The notes under the pieces were generated by a model. It was given only the letters and a program-made list of their open reading frames with translations. It searched no databases and was not told the DNA's origin. Made by a program: the position numbers and the translations under genes. Positions 1-12,634 of a stretch of DNA of 64,000 bases are shown here, one piece after another; the first letter of the stretch is position 1; every line of letters begins with the position of its first letter. Location of the stretch: NCBI RefSeq assembly GCF_018977255.1, contig NW_024704743.1, positions 23,190,001 through 23,254,000 on the forward strand, given 5' to 3'. Source of the stretch: Callorhinchus milii. Lineage: Eukaryota.

Positions 1-2830
1 TCCCCTCATAATTTTAAAAGCTTTATTAAGTCTCCTCTTAACATTCTCTGCTCCAAGGAGAATAATCCTAGCTTCACTAGCCTCTCCTGATAACTGAAGT
101 CCATCATTCCTGGTACCATCCTGGTAAATCTCCTTTGCACCTTCTTCAGTGCCTTGACATCCTTCCTAAAGTGTGGTGCCCAGAACTGAACACAGTACTC
201 TAGCTGAGGCGTAACCAGTGTTTTATAAAGATTCATCATAACTTCCTGACTTTTGTATTCTATGACCCTATGTATAAAGCCTAATATCCCAGGTAGAGAT
301 CTATAGCTCAGTGGTTAGAGCACTTGCCTCACAAGCGAGAGACCTGTGTTCGATTCCCGATTCACTTCAATTCACGACTGTTTGTGGGACACTGCTGTGT
401 GCAATTGGCTGCCGCATTTCGCCCACAAATATATAGTCAATTCACTTCACTGTATATTCTGTGAAGCGCTTTGAGATGTCTAGAATACGTGAAAAGCGCA
501 ATATCAAATGCAAGGATTATTATTATATGCTTTTTTAAAAAAAAACAGCTTTATCAATCTGTCCTGCCACCTTCAAAGATTTACTTATATGAACCTCCAG
601 GTTTCTCTATTCCTTCACTCCCCTTTAAGATTGTACCATCAGCTTATATTGCCTCTCCTCATTCTTCCTCTTAAAATGCATTATTTAGCATTTCTCCACA
701 TTAAACTTTATCAGCCATGTGTCTGCCTATTTTACCAGTCTGTCTATGTCTTCTTGCAGTCTGCTACTATCTTCATTACTGTTTACTTCTTTTCCTAGTT
801 TAGTATCATCTGCAAAATTGGAAATTGTACTCCCTATACCCAAGTCTAGGTCATTCATTTCACTGATCAAAAACAGCAGTGGTCCCAATACTGCCCCCTG
901 GGGGACACCACTGCATACTTACCACCAGTCAGAAAAACAACCGTTTACCACCACTCTCTGCTTTCTGCCTCCCAGTGAGTTCTGTGTCCGTGCTGCCACT
1001 GTCCCTTTTAATACCGTGGGCTTCTATTTTGCTAACAAGCCTCTTATGTGGCACTTTATTAAACGGCTTTTGAAAATCCATATAAACTACATCAACTGCC
1101 TACCTTCATCCACCCTCTCCATTACTTCATCAAAAAATCTCTTATCAGGTTTGTTAGACATGATTTGCCTTTAACAAATCCATATTGGATGTCCTTTATT
1201 AACCCACATTTTTCTAAGTGCAAATTTACCTTGTCCCGGATTATAGTCTCTAGATGTTTCCCCACTACTGACGTTAGGCTGACTGACTTGTAGTTCCCAG
1301 ATGTATCCTTCTGCTCCTTTGAGTAACATTTGCAACCCTCCAGTCCTCTGGCATCATCCCAGTGTCCAAGCAGAATTGAAAGGCTCTGGCCAGATCCTCC
1401 GTTATTTCCAACCTTCCTCCGTAACCCAACATGCATCCCGTCTGGACAGGTGACTTATCTACCTTGAGCACTGTTAACCTTTTTAGTACCTCCTCTTGGT
1501 TTATTCTTATCCAATTTCCCCACCCCTCCTCTTTTTTTTCCTTCTGTATCCCTCCTGAATACATTGTAATCAGCAATATTCAGCTCCTATCCCTGCCCTC
1601 TTTTGAGCTAAGTCTCTGTTATTGCCATTACATCATAACCCCATATGGCCACTTGAGCCTGCAGCTCACCAATCTTATTTGTCACACTCCGTGCATTTAT
1701 ACTCATGCACTCTAAGACTGACTGATTCTACTCTGCATTTCTCCTGGTTTAATCCCTCCTTTTTCTGGACTACTCCTTATTGCATTGCTCTTCGTCTCTC
1801 CTAACCCTCTGTGTAACTTGTTTCTCCTCTCTGAAGCTACATGTTGATTCTCTTCCCACTCAAAATTAGTTTAAACCCTTCCCCACAGCACTAGTTAACC
1901 TCCCTGCAAAAATTTTGGCCCCAGCCCTGGTCAGGTGTAACCCATCCTCCTTGTACAGGTCCCACCTGCCCTAAAATTGGTCCCAATGTTCCAGGAACCT
2001 GAAGCCTCCTTTCTGCACTATTTCTCCAGCCATGCATTCATGTGTTTGATCCTGCTGTTTTGATACTCGCATGAGGCACTGGGAATAATCTAGAGGTCAC
2101 CATGTTTGAGGTCTTGCTCTTTAGCTTTTCGCCTAGCTTCTGATACTCTGCCTGTAGGAATTTAACCCTCTTTTTCTGTATGTCATGGACCACAACTTCT
2201 GGATGTTCCCCTTCCCCTGTAGAATGTTTTGCACCCGTTCCATGATGTCTTCAACTCTCGCTCCATGTGAAAGTCACGTCTTTGGTTGCTGAAATGTCTG
2301 TCTACTCATTTCACCGTTGTGTCCCCAATAACAATTGCTTTGATACTCTTCCCTGTGTCCCACTGTACACCCATATTATTATTATTTGCTTTTGATTCCT
2401 CTCCCCAGAGGTGTCATCACCCTTACTGGTATTCAGTACAGAAAACCGGTTTGTGAGTGCCATGCTCTCAGGGGATTTCTGTACTGCCCGTCCCCTCTTC
2501 CTACCATGCCAGGTGGTCACCCACTCACTACCTCCTGATCCATGAACTCTTCAGCCACCCATATGCTATGTGTGATTCCAGCCTCTCTGTGATCTCAGAA
2601 ACCCTGAGCTCAAGCTTGAGCAGCCGGAGGCACTTCCTATATATGTGTTTGTCCAGGGCACACATACCACACATTGTGCATACAACCGGTCTCAGCTCCC
2701 CTGTCATATTCCCAGACATGTTTTATATTATATTAATATTTTATATTTTATAATTATGTACCTCTTTCCCCCTCTACACCAAATTCCCATCTCACCAAAT
2801 TCCTTACCAGAATTCTCACACTGTTCCACC
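1..2830 (-). mobile_element. Decayed CR1-clade LINE (ORF1 zinc-finger/esterase remnants and ORF2 RT remnants, internally deleted; continues beyond window start)
   Basis: Minus-strand fragments: LYKTLVTPQLEYCVQFWAPHFRKD...RLRGDLI-like (6-239), GNYKSVSLTSVVGKHLETIIRD...QYGFVKGKSCLTNL (1122-1436) and ORF1-like VVCTMCGM...RKCLRLLKLELRVSE (2528-2719), with stops and frameshifts. Confidence 0.9.
293..525 (+). mobile_element. tRNA-headed SINE family A (internally deleted), nested in CR1
   Basis: A box tagctcagtggttagagc, B box gttcgattccc, Deu-like core ctgtttgtgggacactgctgtgtgcaattggctgcc, L2-like tail ending caaggattattatta. Confidence 0.85.
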
Positions 2831-3549
2831 TCATTCGGTTCCCTCCTCACGCTGCTGGGCTCTCTGCTTGGTTCAAGATTGATCTCAATTTAAGTGGCGT
2901 TTCAGGATTCGCTGTTTACAAAAACATTTGTGACTCTCACAAAGAATATCCCATAGATGGCAGAGCATCCTGATCTTCAGAATAACTGCAAGAAAACAGA
3001 CAGATTAGTTAATAGAGTAAGGCCTCTCATTAATCATTTTTACTGCATTCAGCACAATATCTCTCAGGTTTGTGACATCAGTGCTCAGATTTACGCAGCA
3101 TCTTTTTATGGAGAACCAAGGGTTCCCTGCAGCCTTCTATGTTTTACTGCCTCTGATGAGTACCATTCAGGTAAATATATAACCACATGAAATATGATCC
3201 GTTTGTTAATTCTGCTCTGCTCTCTTTTGGCTGCAACCCAGATGTGTACTGAAGCTCATCTTGTTTGCTTCTATTGTAAGTCTCTTAAAAACCAAACAGT
3301 ATTTAGAGAACGATTACAGATGTTGAATGACACCATAAACCTCCTAATGTAATATCGTTTTATACTGTAATAGTCCTTGCTCCCAAATACCAGAATTTCA
3401 CCATCATTTCTCTGTATTAGATTTTAGGTCATAATTGTGATCATTTAAGTTCCAGGACTTGAATGGCAAATAGCTTGAGTTTAATGTTTAATTTGAATCT
3501 AATCCCTAACACCATGAGTCCTTTATTGAACCATGTGGCTGCAGACACA

Positions 3550-4146
3550 GTGGGGTCTCCTTGGAGCTGATCTGACTCCATGGTGACATGTTTGTCAACA
3601 GAATGCCAGAATTGAATCTCAAAACCCTCTGTGGCAGACTCGGTAGTGCAGTTCCTCAGCCAGGCAGGTCTGCAATTCTCCAGGGAACTGATAGCAGTAC
3701 AGCCAGGCAGGTTCATCGACAGGACTTGGAAGGGCAGACTAACCTCTGGGGCCAGGAACTCTTCCCATTCATCATCAGTTAATCCTGCAAGCCAAACCCC
3801 TAACAGGTAGGATGGTTCTAACTGGACAATCAGTGGGAAAGCTTGCCAGACGGTGCTCTCAATTGCAAGCTATATTATTTCAGCTGATTAAACTGTAGTA
3901 GTACCCCAACACACATTCTGGAATCTCCAAGCCTTGGCTCTTATCAACCTGCGCCTGATACTTTCTGCAGTTAGGTAAGCAGGATGCAACGTCCCTCCAG
4001 AGAGAGAGTGCAAATCCCATTCTAACAATCTATCTCTGGAATTTCCATGTGCAGGTGGATACATGGAATTCTCAGATTGGTTTGGATACTCTTAAGCATG
4101 ATGATGGATTTCTGCACGTGTCAGACACCCGGCTGTCCAAAAAACA
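3550..4146 (+). repeat. Unclassified ~600-bp structured repeat (family X), near-full copy
   Basis: Collinear similarity to copies at 9980, 29615, 54283 and others; ends gtgtcagacacccggctgtccaaaaaa. Confidence 0.85.
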
Positions 4147-4699
4147 CGCTGCAGGCAGGTACAGTCCCATGGAGGTATCGTTGGGACAGTTTATTGAAAC
4201 AAATATTCTTCCTCTTGAATGGTTGGTCTTGTCCTCAGGAAACCTAGGTCTCCAGGCGTATGCATTCACAGCATTTAGGGAACATGTTAAAGCAATTTTA
4301 AGACCATTGTAATTTCCTGGATGTAAATATTTGTCTGTAGATGGTACATTTTTTAAAAACATCCACCCTCCCTTCAATGAGTCTTGAGAGTCTTGCTCAA
4401 GGGATCTAGTGTTAACCAGCCTCCTTTGCAATGTTGAAGTAGTTGTTTAGCTGTGACCTTTAACAGTGAGTGTTGGCAGCTGATTCAAGCATAAGGAAAC
4501 CATAGTCCATTGGTTCACATATCATGGTCCTTCAAAAATATTTTTCAATGCAGTCAAACTCCCATACAATTTCCAGCACCTATCAGTGGACAGTGATCAG
4601 CAACAGCAGCGCTGCCTGATTCGCCAACTAATTTAACATATTTTAATTTCAAAAGATACTGAGAGCCTACCCGATCTTTATCCAACAAGCAGAAACATC

Positions 4700-5170
4700 A
4701 TGAGTAGAAAAGACCAGGCAGCACAAGGTCTTTGATCTGCACTAAGTTACGTGACCTGACCTGACCTAAAGCAGCAGCGGGATTCTTCAAATCAGTTTCA
4801 GCTAGAATTCCCACTTCTTTTGCTGTCCTGGTGTCCCTCTTACTTATAAGACACATCTAAAAATGTACCTCTGTAACCACATTTCTGTTATCTTTTCCCT
4901 CCCCTCCATCCGCACCCCCATCCAGCACTGTTGAGTACTTTGAGACATCCTCCTGATGTGAAAGGTGCTATATGAATGTAAATTGTATTGTATCCACTGA
5001 CCCATGCTAAATGTGTGTGTGTACGAGATGAGGATGCCATCCGGCTTGATAGTGATGTCCCTGAAGTTAAATCAGCAGCTAACAGAACTATCAGGACTCA
5101 CATGTGGTTGATGGCAACATAGACAAAGGTGCTCGACCACATGTGGAACTATACACCAGTTTAAAGGGAA
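4700..5170 (+). mobile_element. Ancient AmnSINE2/UCON3-like SINE relic, interrupted by an old L2 3' end (~4850-4990); an antisense relic lies at ~4440-4625
   Basis: Ordered motifs (tgatctgcactaagtta, atccactgacccatgct, gaggatgccatccggcttgatagtgatgtccc, aggactcacatgtg, gtggaactatacaccag) resemble the remembered AmnSINE2 consensus; highly diverged. Confidence 0.4.
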
Positions 5171-5924
5171 AAAGAATCAAAACCTTCCAGGGAGGATTCA
5201 AATTGGAAACAGCTTTTTTATTACATGCATGTTAATAAAAAAGACTTGCTCTTAGAAAATGTACTCTATCTGGAAAAAAGCATAAGCTTTAAAGTAATTG
5301 AAAAAAAATGCCCAACTCTTTACAATTGCTCTTTGACATGTTATCATTTACAAGACATCTCTGATGCTGATATTTCAGAATTATCCATCAGCTTCCTCCA
5401 TTAGCATCAATTGTTAGAGCACTTTATTTAGACAGTTGAAGAGTATTAGATGTTTACGTCCCCTCAATATGGAACAATATGTGTGCAGTTCCAGTTAACA
5501 AACCATGTAAATAACAATTGTTCCCTCTTACATTGACAGATTTCACCACCAAATAGAGGGTCTAAATTATAAGCAATTCTCGATCAACAAAATATTTTTA
5601 ATTTCTTAAAGTGCTGGAATGAGGTGGGGGAGGATTGTAAGATTTTTTTTGTTAAATATCAAATACAAATTTACAATGCAAATTTACATTTACATAGGAC
5701 TTTTCACATCAGGAGGATATTCCCAAGGTAATTAACAGTCCTGACTTGGCATCCGAGCTGCGGATTGGGGTGGAGGGGGTGTGAAGAGGGGAAAGCTGAC
5801 CAAGGTCAAAGAAGATGGTCTTAAGACAGACCTTGGAAGAGTTGGAGGGATTCTGGGATGGAGTTCCAGAGAGTGAGGGCAGATGGGCTCAAAGTCAGAC
5901 CACTATTGGGGAGCATGACTTCCC

Positions 5925-6225
5925 TTTTCTAAAGCCATGTTAATTCTGCCTAATCATGTTACGGTCCTCTAAGTACCCCACTACGACATCCCTAATTTAG
6001 GATTCTAAAATTTTCCCTACCACCGATGTCAGACTGACTGATCTATAGTTCCCCAGCTTCTCTCTCCCACCCTTCTTAAATGGTGGTGTTACGTTTGCAA
6101 TCTTCCAATCAATGGAAACTGTTCCAGAATCCCAGAGAATTTGGGAAGATCAAAAACAAGGCATCCACTATCTCAGCAACCACCTCTTTTAAAACCCTAG
6201 GATGGAGGCTATCAGGTCCAGGATA
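5925..6225 (-). mobile_element. CR1 RT fragment
   Basis: Minus strand encodes the CR1 PGPD...LFKKG...GNYRSVSLTSVVGKILE region, homologous to 1150-1450. Confidence 0.8.
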
Positions 6226-6687
6226 CACCAAAAAGAAATTTAGTGACTGCTTTTGGGACACAGACAATCCCTAGTTTGTGAATCCAAGACCACATACAAT
6301 GATAATAATACACCTTGCATTTGATACGGTGCTTTTTCACACCAAAAGGTCTCATTAGGATATATTGTACAGTCCAGTGACTGTGTGTTTGTAGGCAAAT
6401 GTGGCAGTTAATTTCTGCATGGTAAAGACTTACAAAAATGTTATCAGCATGGAAAATTCTTAAATACTGTACTCAATTTGTAGGCTGGTATTGAGGTACT
6501 GTCTGACTGTTCAGGTGGACAATAAAGATCCGATGGCATTATTCAAAAACAGAGGGATGTTTCTCCTAGTGTCCTGGTCAATAATTACCCAAATAAAACT
6601 GATAGTTCACATCACGGCTGTTTGTGGGGCATTGCTGTTGGCAAATTGGCTGCTGCATTCATTCACAAGGTAGATGAACAGTCCACT

Positions 6688-6987
6688 TAATAATAATAAT
6701 AATAATCCTTGCATTTGATATAGCGCTTTTCACATCTTCTAGACGTCTCAAAGCGCTTCACAGAATAGACTGTAAAGTGAATTGACTGTATATTTGTGGG
6801 CGAAAGGCGTCAACCAATTGCGCACAGCAATGTCCCACAAACAGTCGTGGATTGAAAATGACCATTTATTATTGTTTTGTTTCGGAGGGATTATTATTAG
6901 GCGTGTGGAGTAAGGAAACTTGCCCAAGGTTTTGCCCTGCCTGGAATTGAACTCAGATGTCTCGCTTGCTCTAACCACTGAGCTACA
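6688..6987 (-). mobile_element. SINE family A (short form)
   Basis: tRNA head, Deu-like core, L2-like tail and (TAA)n on the + strand. Confidence 0.9.
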
Positions 6988-9560
6988 TCTTATGGTACGG
7001 ATGTGGGGTAGAAAGGATAGTTGAGAGTGAAACAAGACACCAAGGTTTTGGACTGGCTCAGTAAGGTGGAGTGTGCAACCATTGATGGTGACACTGTCAG
7101 TTTCCTGAGGTGTGGAGGCGCTGATTGGAGCCAATCAGAAGTGCTTCAGTCTTGTTGATGTTCAACTGAAGAAAGTTAGCTCTCATTCAGGCCTTGATGT
7201 CTGACAGACATTCAGTCAGGACAGCAGTGGTCCTGGAGTCAAGGGTGGAGGCAGAGAGATAGAGTTGGGAGTCATCTGCATACATGTGGGAGTTGGCCCC
7301 ATGTCTGTGGATCTTGTCACCAAGAGGGAGCATACAGATAATGAAAAGGAGGGGATCAAGGACAGAGCCCCGGGGGACGACACACGAGACGTTGCGGGGG
7401 CTAAAGGAGAAACTGTTTGTGGAGATGAAGTGGAGGCCATGTGAGGCCATCCGTGAACAAGTCAAGGACAGAGCTGTGAAGGCTGAGTTGAGAGGAGAGA
7501 CGGTGGATGAGGATACAGTGGTCAATGGTGTCGAAGACAGCAGAGGTCAAGGAGGATGTGGAGGCAGAGAGAGCTCTGGTCGCAGATGGACAGAATGTAA
7601 TTTGTCACTTTGACCAGGGCTGTTACTGTGCTGTGGGCGGCACGGAAATCTGATTGAAGAGCTTTGTGAAGGGAATGGCGGGAGAGGAAGGAGCAAAGCT
7701 GGGAAATGACAACTCATTCCAGGACCTTGGAGAAGAAAGGGAGGTTGGAGATGGGGCAGTAATTTGAGAGCAGTGTTGGGTCCAGGGAGGGTATTTTAAG
7801 CATAGGAGTGATGACAGCAGTTTTTATTGGGGTGGGAACAGTACCAGTGGACAGGGAGAGGTTTATGATGTCTGTAGAGGGGCAATGCAATGGAGTTGGC
7901 AAGTAAGGAGAGGGGTAGGGATGGAGTTGACGGAGTAGGTTTCATGCGGGTTACAGTGGTGGTGAGAGAGGAGTGGGAACCAGGTTCAAAGGTGTGGAGG
8001 GAAGGATGCGTAGGGGCCAGGGTGAGAGGAGGAGATAGGGAGGGGGTAGCAGACAGATGAGCAGAGGCAGCTGAGCGGATCCCCTCAATGGTTTCAAGGA
8101 AGTCCAGCATTGCCTCGCAGTTGTTATTGGAGGTGAGGATGGGCGAGCCGTCAGATGGTGGGCGGAGGAACTGGTTGGTGATGGAGAAGAGGAGCCTGGG
8201 GAGGTCCTTGTTCTTCAAGATTGTCTTGGCGTAGAACGACGATTTAGCGGAGGCAGGGGCGGAGACATAGGATTTGATAAGGTCCAGCCAGATCTGCTGA
8301 TGGACCGTTAAGTTTGATTTAAGCCAGGTGCATCAGTGGCACGCATCTGTGCTTTAAGCGAGCGGAGGTGGCTGGTGTACCATGGTGAGTAAGAGACTGT
8401 TTGGGAAGTGAGGGGAGCAAGAGAATCGAGAGTGGAGGAGAGGGAGCTGTGGAGGAGAGTAACCGAGGAGGATAGGTCATGGCGGGAGGTAGAGGGGAAG
8501 GAGTTCAGATGACTCCAAGGCAGCTGAGAGGGAGGGAGGTGAGATTTTTTTTTACAGGGGCGGTAGGAGATGGAGGTGGGCTGGGTGGCAAGTGGGGAGA
8601 GGTATTGAGTCGTTAAGGGAGATTAAGTGATGGTCCGAGATTGCTTTGTTGATAACGGTGAGGCCCCTAGTGATCGGACATGGGTGACTGAGTGGATGTG
8701 GAGGGAGAGGTTGAAAGAGGAGATAAGGAAGGAGAAGTCAGCAGAGGTGGAGCAGGCGAGGGTGAATTGAATGTTGAAGTTGCTTAGGATGAGGAGGCGT
8801 TCGGAGCGGAGGGAAAGGGAAGTAGGAGAATGGAGTTGCCGGGGAGGAGTTGTGGGGGAGGGTTTGAGGGGTGATAAATAAGGAGAATTTTGAGGGAAAG
8901 GTTGGAGGGGATGATAAAGGGTAAGGTGCTCAAAGGAGGGGAAGATTCCAGAGGAGTAGGGGAATAGGCCGAGCGGGAACTGGGAGATGAGAGCCACCCT
9001 GCCACCATGGCGGTTAGGTCGTGGAGTATGATGGAAGGTGAAGCCGGGTGGTGTGGCCTCTGTCAGGAGGAAGGTGTCGCCTGGAGTGATCCAGGTTTCA
9101 GTGAGGGCGAGAATATCGATGTTTTCATCGACAATGAGGTCTTGAATGGTGAGCGTTTTATTGGAGAGGGAGCGGACATTTCGTAGGCCGATGCAGAGGG
9201 AACAGTTGGTGGCAGAATGTGGAGGCGATGGGGGGGAGGGGGAGGACCGACAGGGAGGGTGGGGATGTGGATGAGGGAGGAGAGGTTGGCCCCCGTAGTC
9301 AGGGACCGATGGGCCTTGCGGCGATAATGGGAAACAACAACTACAATATATATGTAATATATAATGTATACATGTATATATGGCAGTCAGAGTTGGACAA
9401 CCAACGATAGGCTGGACCAGAGGGAGGCTGTGGGACAGTGAAGCAGGGATAGGAGTCGGGAAGAGCCGTGAGACAGGAGGACTGAGCGGTTGTAATGGAG
9501 GGTAGAGGGTAGTGGGAGCATTTTGGGGAAGCAGCTCAGGTCGGTGGCGGCAGCCATAAT
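6988..9560 (-). mobile_element. Near-full-length decayed L2-clade LINE (APE endonuclease and RT), 3' end lost at the SINE junction
   Basis: Fragments FPSFEHLT...LILSNFN, NYCPISNLPFFSKVLE and VPRGSVLDPLLFIICMLPLG...HMYADDSQLYLS; C/T-rich sense strand typical of L2. Confidence 0.92.
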
Positions 9561-9979
9561 ATAATGACTTTCACGTCCTCCAAACGCGAAAGGCACTATA
9601 TTAAATTGTCTCTCTTCTCACTCCTCTGTTTATTCCTTACAGCACATTTGCTTGTGTGCTTTTCAGTCCTGAATACTTTTCTTGGGTTTATTTAACAAGG
9701 TCTGAGAGGAGTCGCTCCCCAGCTGCCCGTTTGTCTACCCTGTGGATCACCGCTGCCAGCTTCAAATAGCAGGCAAATTAACTAAAGAACTGCTTTGAGA
9801 CTGACTGGAGAAGAGATCACAGCCATTATTTTTGGTATCGATTTTCTGCTTCTTCATTGTGTTTAACACAATTACAGTAAAAGTCAAGTTGATGTCAAAC
9901 AGCACTGTGATCGTGAGGAAACAACAGGGTTTATGATACATTCTGTGCTGACCCCGACGCCTGTAAACTATCCTTCTTT

Positions 9980-10445
9980 GGTGTCTATCCTCCTGTGGGA
10001 AAGTTAAGTGGGATCTCCTTGGAGCTGAACTCGTTCCAAACTAACATGTTTGGCAATTGAATGTTGGAATCAAGGCAACCCTCTGGTCTCAGTAGACCAG
10101 TTCCTGAGTACTCCAGGGCATTGCTGATGACAGCACGGCTATCGTGGCTCATCAGCAGGACTTGGGAGGGCAGATCAGTCACTGGGGTCTGAGACTATTC
10201 CCACTCAGCTCCTGTTAACCCTGTAAGCCAAAGCCCTAACATTTACAGTGGTCCTGGTTGGATAATCCATGAGACGTTTGCCAGACAGTGTTTTCAATGC
10301 TATGTGGTTTTAGCTGGTTAAACTTCAGCGGTATCTGAGCACATACTCTCCTTGGCTCTTGACACACTGAGCCTAATACTCTCCAGAATTAGATAAACAA
10401 GATGTGTCTCCCCTGGGAAAGAGTGTGTATTCCATTCCAATACAT
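9980..10445 (+). repeat. Family X copy (3' end missing)
   Basis: ccttggagctgaact...gctgatgacagca...cccactcagctcctgttaaccctg, as in the other copies. Confidence 0.8.
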
Positions 10446-10469
10446 TTTTAGTTTTTCTCTTGATTCATA

Positions 10470-10880
10470 ATAATGATTGTTACATTTGACTTGGTATATT
10501 TCACATCAGGAGGACATCTCAATGTGCTTTACAGGATTTACAGTAAAGTGTAATGACTGTATTTTCTAGGCAAATGTGGCCATTTTGCACACAGAAATGT
10601 TCCAGAAACAGCCATTAAGTGAATTACCGATTTTATTTGGGGAACAGATGCCATGACACAGAGATAAATTCGCTTTTCTTTTCAAATAGTGCTATGAGAT
10701 CTTTAACGTCCACTCGAACAGGCAGAAGGGACCTCAGTTTAATCTCTCATCCAAAGGATGGGCACCTACAGCAATGCAGCACCCTCCAGCACTGCACACT
10801 GGAATGTCAGCTTATACAATGAGTTCAAAGACCCAGTGTGGAACTTGAACCCACAACCTTCTGATTCAGAAACGGAGCGA
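10470..10880 (-). mobile_element. DeuSINE family B (SacSINE1-like)
   Basis: Minus strand: tcagaaggttgtgggttcaagt head, ggatgagagattaaactgaggtcccc...gtggacgttaaagatctcatagcactattt Deu-type body, L2-like tail. Confidence 0.75.
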
Positions 10881-10996
10881 AACATTTTCATAGAGAGGCA
10901 TAGTCATCAGCGGAGGCAGGCCTCAGTTTACACGTACACTACGCCAGTTTATTAGTTCTTTTTCCATTTTATATTTGGTTTATAAACCTGATAATA

Positions 10997-11351
10997 TAAT
11001 AATAATCCTTGCATTTGATATAGATGTCTTCAAGACATCTTAAAGCACTTCACAGAATATACCGTAAAGTAAATTGCCCAGATATTTTGTGGGCAAATCA
11101 TGGCAGCCAATTGTACACAGCAGCATCCCACAAACAGTCATGGTTTGAGTGACCACATTATTTTTAAGGATTATTACCCCTGGAAAAGCGATCTGCCAAT
11201 TGACTAACAACCGTGTCCCTGCTTTCTGCTAAGTAAACAGTGGCCCATGGAATAAGGAAATTTGACCAACGTTTTGCCTCGGCCGGGAATCGAACCCAGA
11301 TCCTCTCGCTTGCGAGACGAGTGCTCTAACCACTAAGTCACAGGACTCCAC
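10997..11351 (-). mobile_element. SINE family A (long form)
   Basis: tRNA head plus the ~60-bp ctgtttac(c/t)tagcag segment, Deu-like core and tail. Confidence 0.85.
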
Positions 11352-11997
11352 ATATTCCGTCACTGAATATCTTGAACAGAGCAGTTTTGTCCTACAGTGT
11401 GATAAACCCCTTTACTGAATGCTCCAGTCTCTCAGATCAACTGCAAATTTGATTGTTCCTCTTTTATTTTGTTATTATGTCAACATTTCTGCCATTATAG
11501 AAGTTGTTTTACTAAATTTATATAATATTCTACTTGTTACAGTCATAAGTAAAGAAAGTGATGTTGCTGCAAAATTGCACTGATCACAGCAAAATGAGAG
11601 CACAGCAATTTAAACAGAAATTGGTTATTGCAATCCAGAGAGTGCTTTCTACTCAATTGTAACTATAGGTCTTCACTGCTGAAAAGCTTGATAGAAATTT
11701 GGCTGGAAACTGGGTTGTATAATAAGAGCACACACTCTGTTTACTGTAACCTCAACTAATCCTGCCACAACTCAATTTACCTGTTATTTCAGCTGTTGGG
11801 TTTCTTGCCCTGTGTAGCTAAATTTAGAAATAATAGGTATCTCTCAATCATCTTATTCTGTGGTTATTCTGGTGTTATTCTCCTGACAATCTACTGATAG
11901 TCTACTGCCACTTACTGCCTCTCTTTTTTCAGAATTTTGCAACTTAGCAGGAAAGGTGTGTGAGTGCTATTTGATAATTAACACCTGTAATAATTAC

Positions 11998-12380
11998 AAC
12001 AATAATAATCCTTGCATTTTGATGCAGTGCCTTATCGCGTCTTCGAGACATCTCAACGCGCTTCACAGAACGTACTGTAAAGTGAATTCATTGTATATTT
12101 TGTGGGCGAAACGCAACAGCCAATTGCGCACAGCAATGTCTCACAAACAGTCATGGATTGAATGACCAATTTTTTTTTAAAATTTTGTTTTGAAGAAATT
12201 ATTACCCCCGAAAAGCAGTCTACCAATCGATTAACAACCAAGTTTCTACTTACTGCTAGGTAAACAGAGGCATGAGGTGTAAGGAAACTTGCCTAACATT
12301 TTGCCCGGCCGGGAATCGTACCTGGGTCTCTCATTTGCGAGGCGAGCGCTTTAACCACTGAGCTACATAACGTGACTCCA
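11998..12380 (-). mobile_element. SINE family A (long form)
   Basis: Same architecture as 10997-11351. Confidence 0.85.
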
Positions 12381-12634
12381 CATAACGTGCCATGTAGACA
12401 CTTTTTGAGGTAGGGGATGTTAGTTTGAATAATAGGGCACCTTTCATTTTGTGCCCATTGTCATCCAAAATCAGTCAAATGACAAGATAGCACTGCTGAA
12501 TACTGTAGGATTAAAACTGCACTGTTTCTGATGTTCAGTGACTGTTGCTATGCAGCCAATATGTGTTGCCAACTTCACACTATCAAGGAAGAAGTAAAGC
12601 ACCAGTTAATTTGTTGGGTTCTTTGCTAAATTTA

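Noticed and set aside
3153..3180. ctgatga-gtacc-attca-ggta as a hammerhead
   Set aside because: It lacks GAAA and helices I and III.
3770..3810. Family X as telomerase RNA, 7SK or RNase P retrocopies
   Set aside because: The ccctaac-like motif is internal and variable, and no CR2/3, CR4/5, H/ACA or other conserved boxes were recognised.
10120..10150. ctgatga in family X as a hammerhead core
   Set aside because: No helix II-GAAA follows; better explained as J4/2-P2' of an HDV-like fold.
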